Shown here: positions 59,990 to 64,000 of the stretch, piece after piece | How the letters are laid out: each line of letters begins with the position of its first letter | Position numbering within the stretch: position 1 is the first letter of the stretch | Source of the DNA: Macrostomum hystrix | Taxonomy: Eukaryota > Animalia > Platyhelminthes | DNA: 64,000 nt | Reading direction: 5' to 3' | Assembly: GCA_950097015.1 (NCBI GenBank) | Contig: CATNEN010000002.1 | Coordinates: 4,774,001-4,838,000 of the forward strand | Translations under genes and position numbers: made by a program | The notes under the pieces: generated by a model | Seen by the model: the letters and a program-made list of their open reading frames with translations, nothing else | Told to the model about the DNA's origin: nothing | Databases searched by the model: none

Positions 59990-60538
59990 GTAAGCTCGAC
60001 GATGATTGCATGATAGTCGAATGCATTACACCTTTAACAGAAAAAAGACACGTTATTTTTCCCCCATGGGGAATTTCAAATACCCACTGCCTACTTCACG
60101 ATAGCTCCCGAATTTATGAATTTAGGAGGATTGGATAAGATGCAGACATGCCTGGTGTGGTGCCATTCTTGGAAAAGGATGAAGTTGGGTGCCAGCTCGT
60201 CGGGACTGCGCGGTCGCACTCCGTTGAAGGTCCCGACTGTCGCCGCCGATGCTCCAGACCGTGATGGTGTGAAGCCACCATGGTTCCATTAAGAAACATT
60301 ATGAGCTGAAAAAATATGTCCATATTGGGGATTTTGCAATCTGACACCCCGACGAGAATCTTTGAATATCTCGATGATGGAGATGCTTTATCATTACAGA
60401 AACTGTTTTATCTTGTAGAGCCGAAAATGTTAGCCTGTGCTCAGCATTTTCATAACGATTGGTTGAATATCTGGGAATTTGAAATTACCGGTCTTTCTAT
60501 TGTTAACTGAGCTTTTATTTTTACTTCAATTATTTCAG

Positions 60539-60882
60539 TCTTGCGCCAAGCGAAGAGGACCTGAGCCGGCAGCTCCACAATGCGCTCACCCAGTCAGGCT
60601 TCGCCAGGTCCAGAGCCGTCCTGCAGACAGCAATCGCTGACGTCTTGCAAGAGATTCTCAGAAAGAGGCTGAACGGCTGCGAAATATTTGTCGTTGGAAG
60701 CTACTCCGAAGGCTGGGGCAACAATTTGAAAATGCTGGACGGTCGAACTGACATTGAATCAGACATTGACGTGATGAGTCTGTTTCAGGGCATGCTGCAT
60801 CATCAAACAGATGCGTGCGAGTGCGATGGAGACCCAGTAAAGCACAAATACTTCAATGGGCACCTGCTCTGTCCTGGATTCA
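60539..60882 (+). CDS. ANK-cGLR gene, nucleotidyltransferase N-lobe exon (Mab-21/cGAS-like)
   Basis: Acceptor ttcaattatttcag; phase-2 join TT|T; FVVGSYSEGWG...ESDIDVM is the GS + DxD motif; donor gtaagt at 60883 (phase 1). Confidence 0.85.
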
Positions 60883-61157
60883 GTAAGTTTTCAGCCTTTG
60901 AGTAAATTTTTGTCTCAAACTGATGCTGCCCCTGGGTAAAGACCATGATGGTATTTCCAATACCCACTGTCTAATTAGCAATAGCTTCCAAACCGAATGA
61001 CCGATTTCCGTGAATAGAAAGTTAATCTTCCGTGAATCTGAACAAAAAGTTTTATGAACCTTTGATGAACAAATATTCAAAGCCGTTCGAGTCAATGTTG
61101 TCCAGACATTCACCGGTTCTTGTCGGAGACCCTGGCGACAATGAAAACTGTGTATCT

Positions 61158-62216
61158 AACATTACTGTGTATCAACTAACATTACTGTGTATCAACTAAC
61201 ATTACTGTGTATCAACTAACATTACTGTGTATCAACTAACATTACTGTGTATCAACTAACACTACTGTGTATCAACTAACATTAATGTGTATCAACTAAC
61301 ACTACTGTGTATCAACTAACATTACTGTGTATCAACTAACATTACTGTGTATCAACTAACACTACTGTGTATCAACTAACACTACTGTGTATCAACTAAC
61401 ATTACTGTGTATCAACTAACATTACTGTGTATCAACTAACATTACTGTGTATCAACTAACATTACTGTGTATCAACTAACATTACTGTGTATCAACTAAC
61501 ATTACTGTGTATCAACTAACATTACTGTGTATCAACTAACATTACTGTGTATCAACTAACATTACTGTGTATCAACTAACATTACTGTGTATCAACTAAC
61601 ATTACTGTGTATCAACTAACATTACTGTGTATCAACTAACATTACTGTGTATCAACTAACATTACTGTGTATCAACTAACATTACTGTGTATCAACTAAC
61701 ATTACTGTGTATCAACTAACATTACTGTGTATCAACTAACATTACTGTGTATCAACTAACATTACTGTGTATCAACTAACACTACTGTGTATCAACTAAC
61801 ATTACTGTGTATCAACTAACATTACTGTGTATCAACTAACACTACTGTGTATCAACTAACACTACTGTGTATCAACTAACATTACTGTGTATCAACTAAC
61901 ATTACTGTGTATCAACTAACATTACTGTGTATCAACTAACATTACTGTGTATCAACTAACATTACTGTGTATCAACCAACATTACTGTGTATCAACTAAC
62001 ACTACTGTGTATCAACTAACATTACTGTGTATCAACTAACACTACTGTGTATCAACTAACATTACTGTGTATCAACTAACATTACTGTGTATCAACTAAC
62101 ATTACTGTGTATCAACTAACATTACTGTGTATCAACTAACATTACTGTGTATCAACTAACATTACTGTGTATCAACTAACATTACTGTGTATCAACTAAC
62201 ATTACTGTGTATCAAC
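61158..62216. repeat. Very homogeneous 20-bp minisatellite (attactgtgtatcaactaac) in an ANK-cGLR intron
   Basis: About 53 near-identical units. Confidence 0.96.
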
Positions 62217-62585
62217 CTCCAAATTGATAAAAAAAACAGTTTAATCAATCCAAAAGAGTCAACAATGATAGCCGATATGATTAAATGATGAAATTTCGTG
62301 AAAATATTTGTTGCCACCAGACACCCGACGAGAATCGTTGAATATCTCGACGATGCCGATGTTTTTTGGTTCTGGAAGTTGTTTCATCGGATAGAGCGGA
62401 AAACTTTAACGCGTGTTCTGGATTTTCATGAGGATTGGTTGAATATCTTGGGAGATGCAGAAAAATGAAAAATGTTAATTTGGTATTTTAAATCCCCTAT
62501 ATTTCTACAGTTAATATACAGGTAGCGAAGTAATTAAAAAAGTTCCTTCTAAAAATAGCAACCACATTTCACTGCAACCTACCAG

Positions 62586-63595
62586 CATCGAATCCAGCGC
62601 GGCCATCGTACGGCTCTGCTCTGAGGCCGGCCGTGGACCATGTCTCCGCTGGTCGTCTCTGTCGCTACCCGACCATCGCGCTGCTGCAGCCAGATCCAGT
62701 CTCGGAATCGCACATTCCTAAAACTTTGCTTCAGGATCTCAAGCGGGATATTTCTCCCAACAGCTCGTCGCCATGTCACGTGGTTCATGCAGCCTCTCCT
62801 GGTCGAGGCGGAGATGAGCTTCGTGTCAGCACTAGCTTCCTTGAGAAGCGGATGCTCAGAAGCCTCACCACTCTGCAAGGTCAACTGTTCATTACACTCA
62901 AGTACCTGGTCAAGAAGGTGATTTGCCACAAAGACTTCTACAATGTGCAAGGTTTGAAGCCGTATCACGTGAAGACAATCACATTCCGAATGCTGGAGCA
63001 AACACCCGCTGACGAGTGGAAGCCGGACAATCTCGTCAGTCTCGTGAGGCGGTCGCTGGAGATGCTGCTTGGTTGTGTTGAGAGCGGCTGCACATCCGGC
63101 AATACGCATGGGCGGATAATGGAGCACTTTTTCCTGGCTGACGCGGCTCTTTACCTCAAAGGTATCAACCAGAAAGAGTCTGAGAAGATTCTGAGCAATA
63201 TTGCAAGCACATTGAGAAAAGTAATCGATAAGCTGCCTCAGCTGCTGCTCCAGTTTGTGCGCTATCTCAAGCCCTTAAGTGAGTCTGGCAGGTTCTACTT
63301 CCATCCGTTTCAAATCCTGCCAGATATCAGGCCATTGCCCGTGACAATGTCGGGCAGGCTCGAGTATCACGGCATCTACGGTGTAGCAAGGGAGTGCATA
63401 CTGCGACTCTCGCATAAAGACTGCAGCCTGCAATCTCAAGAGAGTCTCACGGAGTTGATCGCGAGACTGCCAGACTGCGCCTTCACGGCAAGAGAGGCTC
63501 TCAGAGCGCTGGCGTGTCTCAAGTTCGGCTACCGAGGGACAGCGGAGAAAATCTTGAGCCAGTGCAGGCGCCACTCAGTGAGCAGAGGTATGGAT
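62586..63595 (+). CDS. ANK-cGLR gene, Mab-21 C-lobe exon, interrupted by a SINE; the original frame resumes at ~63975
   Basis: Acceptor caacctaccag; phase-1 join. AVDHVSA (third Asp), LRVSTSFLEK, LKYL, KPYHVKT, FRMLEQTP..W...NL...L..LL.CV, MEHFF fit the Mab-21 consensus. Confidence 0.85.
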
Positions 63596-63973
63596 AGTAA
63601 TAATAATAATAATAATAGTAATAATAATAATTGCAGCAGGGCTGCGGGCAATGGCACAACGCTTGGTGATACTAGACCCGCAGCCAGCGAGGAGGCAATT
63701 TAGCCATTTTCGCTGACTCCTGAGCACACCCGCACACAGATAGTGTACGCAGGAATACGCTCACACAGGTGTGTACATCTGCCCTGACTTTCTAATCGCC
63801 AGGCGGTGTACACTTTCACCGTTCCTTGGAAGTTAGCCCTATTATGGGCGAAAGCCTTGACAAGCCTTCTCGCTGCGACAGCGCCCTAATTTAATGTGAC
63901 CTCGTCGCGGAATCGAGCTCAGGGACGTTGGCGCGAGAGACAAACGCGTTAACCACTCTGCAATTCACCCCCT
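63596..63973 (-). mobile_element. tRNA-derived SINE inserted in coding sequence, ~10-bp TSD
   Basis: TSD aggtatggat (63586-63595) / aggtattgat (63974-63983); (ATT)n tail; A/B-box head. Confidence 0.9.
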
Positions 63974-64000
63974 AGGTATTGATTGGTCGTTTGATAGATC

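Noticed and set aside
1-64000. Bacterial origin or prokaryotic defence island (CBASS-like CD-NTase plus PLD effector)
   Set aside because: Both genes have spliceosomal introns and animal-type signatures (PLD3 DWRSLTQVKELG, Mab-21 C-lobe), so the resemblance is at most analogical.

Overview
Eukaryotic (animal) genomic DNA: spliced genes with GT-AG introns, tRNA genes without encoded CCA, and heavy minisatellite, SINE and LINE content. The style is reminiscent of the flatworm Macrostomum, but that is an unverified impression. Host genes reconstructed by hand: (i) an eLOTUS (TDRD5/TDRD7-like) exon at 3164-3567 (+); (ii) a POLDIP3/SKAR-like gene (+, 9934-28390) whose 14.7-kb first intron holds a full-length Jockey-like LINE, an Ingi-like LINE nested in it, a decayed mariner and SINEs; (iii) a giant ankyrin-repeat gene (-, ~35045-40147); (iv) six tRNA-Asn(GTT) genes plus a decayed copy (42.1-47.4 kb); (v) a six-exon PLD3/PLD4-family nuclease gene (-, 49676-56425); (vi) head-to-head with it, an ankyrin-repeat + cGAS-like (Mab-21/cGLR) nucleotidyltransferase fusion gene (+, 57849 to window end) with a SINE in its coding sequence. 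A LOA-like LINE sits in a 23-bp minisatellite at 4197-9231. The strongest leads are the ANK-cGLR gene and its divergent PLD3-like neighbour, an AlkB-like segment at the start of the Jockey-like LINE ORF1 (revealed by undoing the nested insertion), and a 2A ribosome-skipping motif in the Ingi-like LINE. All domain calls come from motif recognition by eye; no database search was run.
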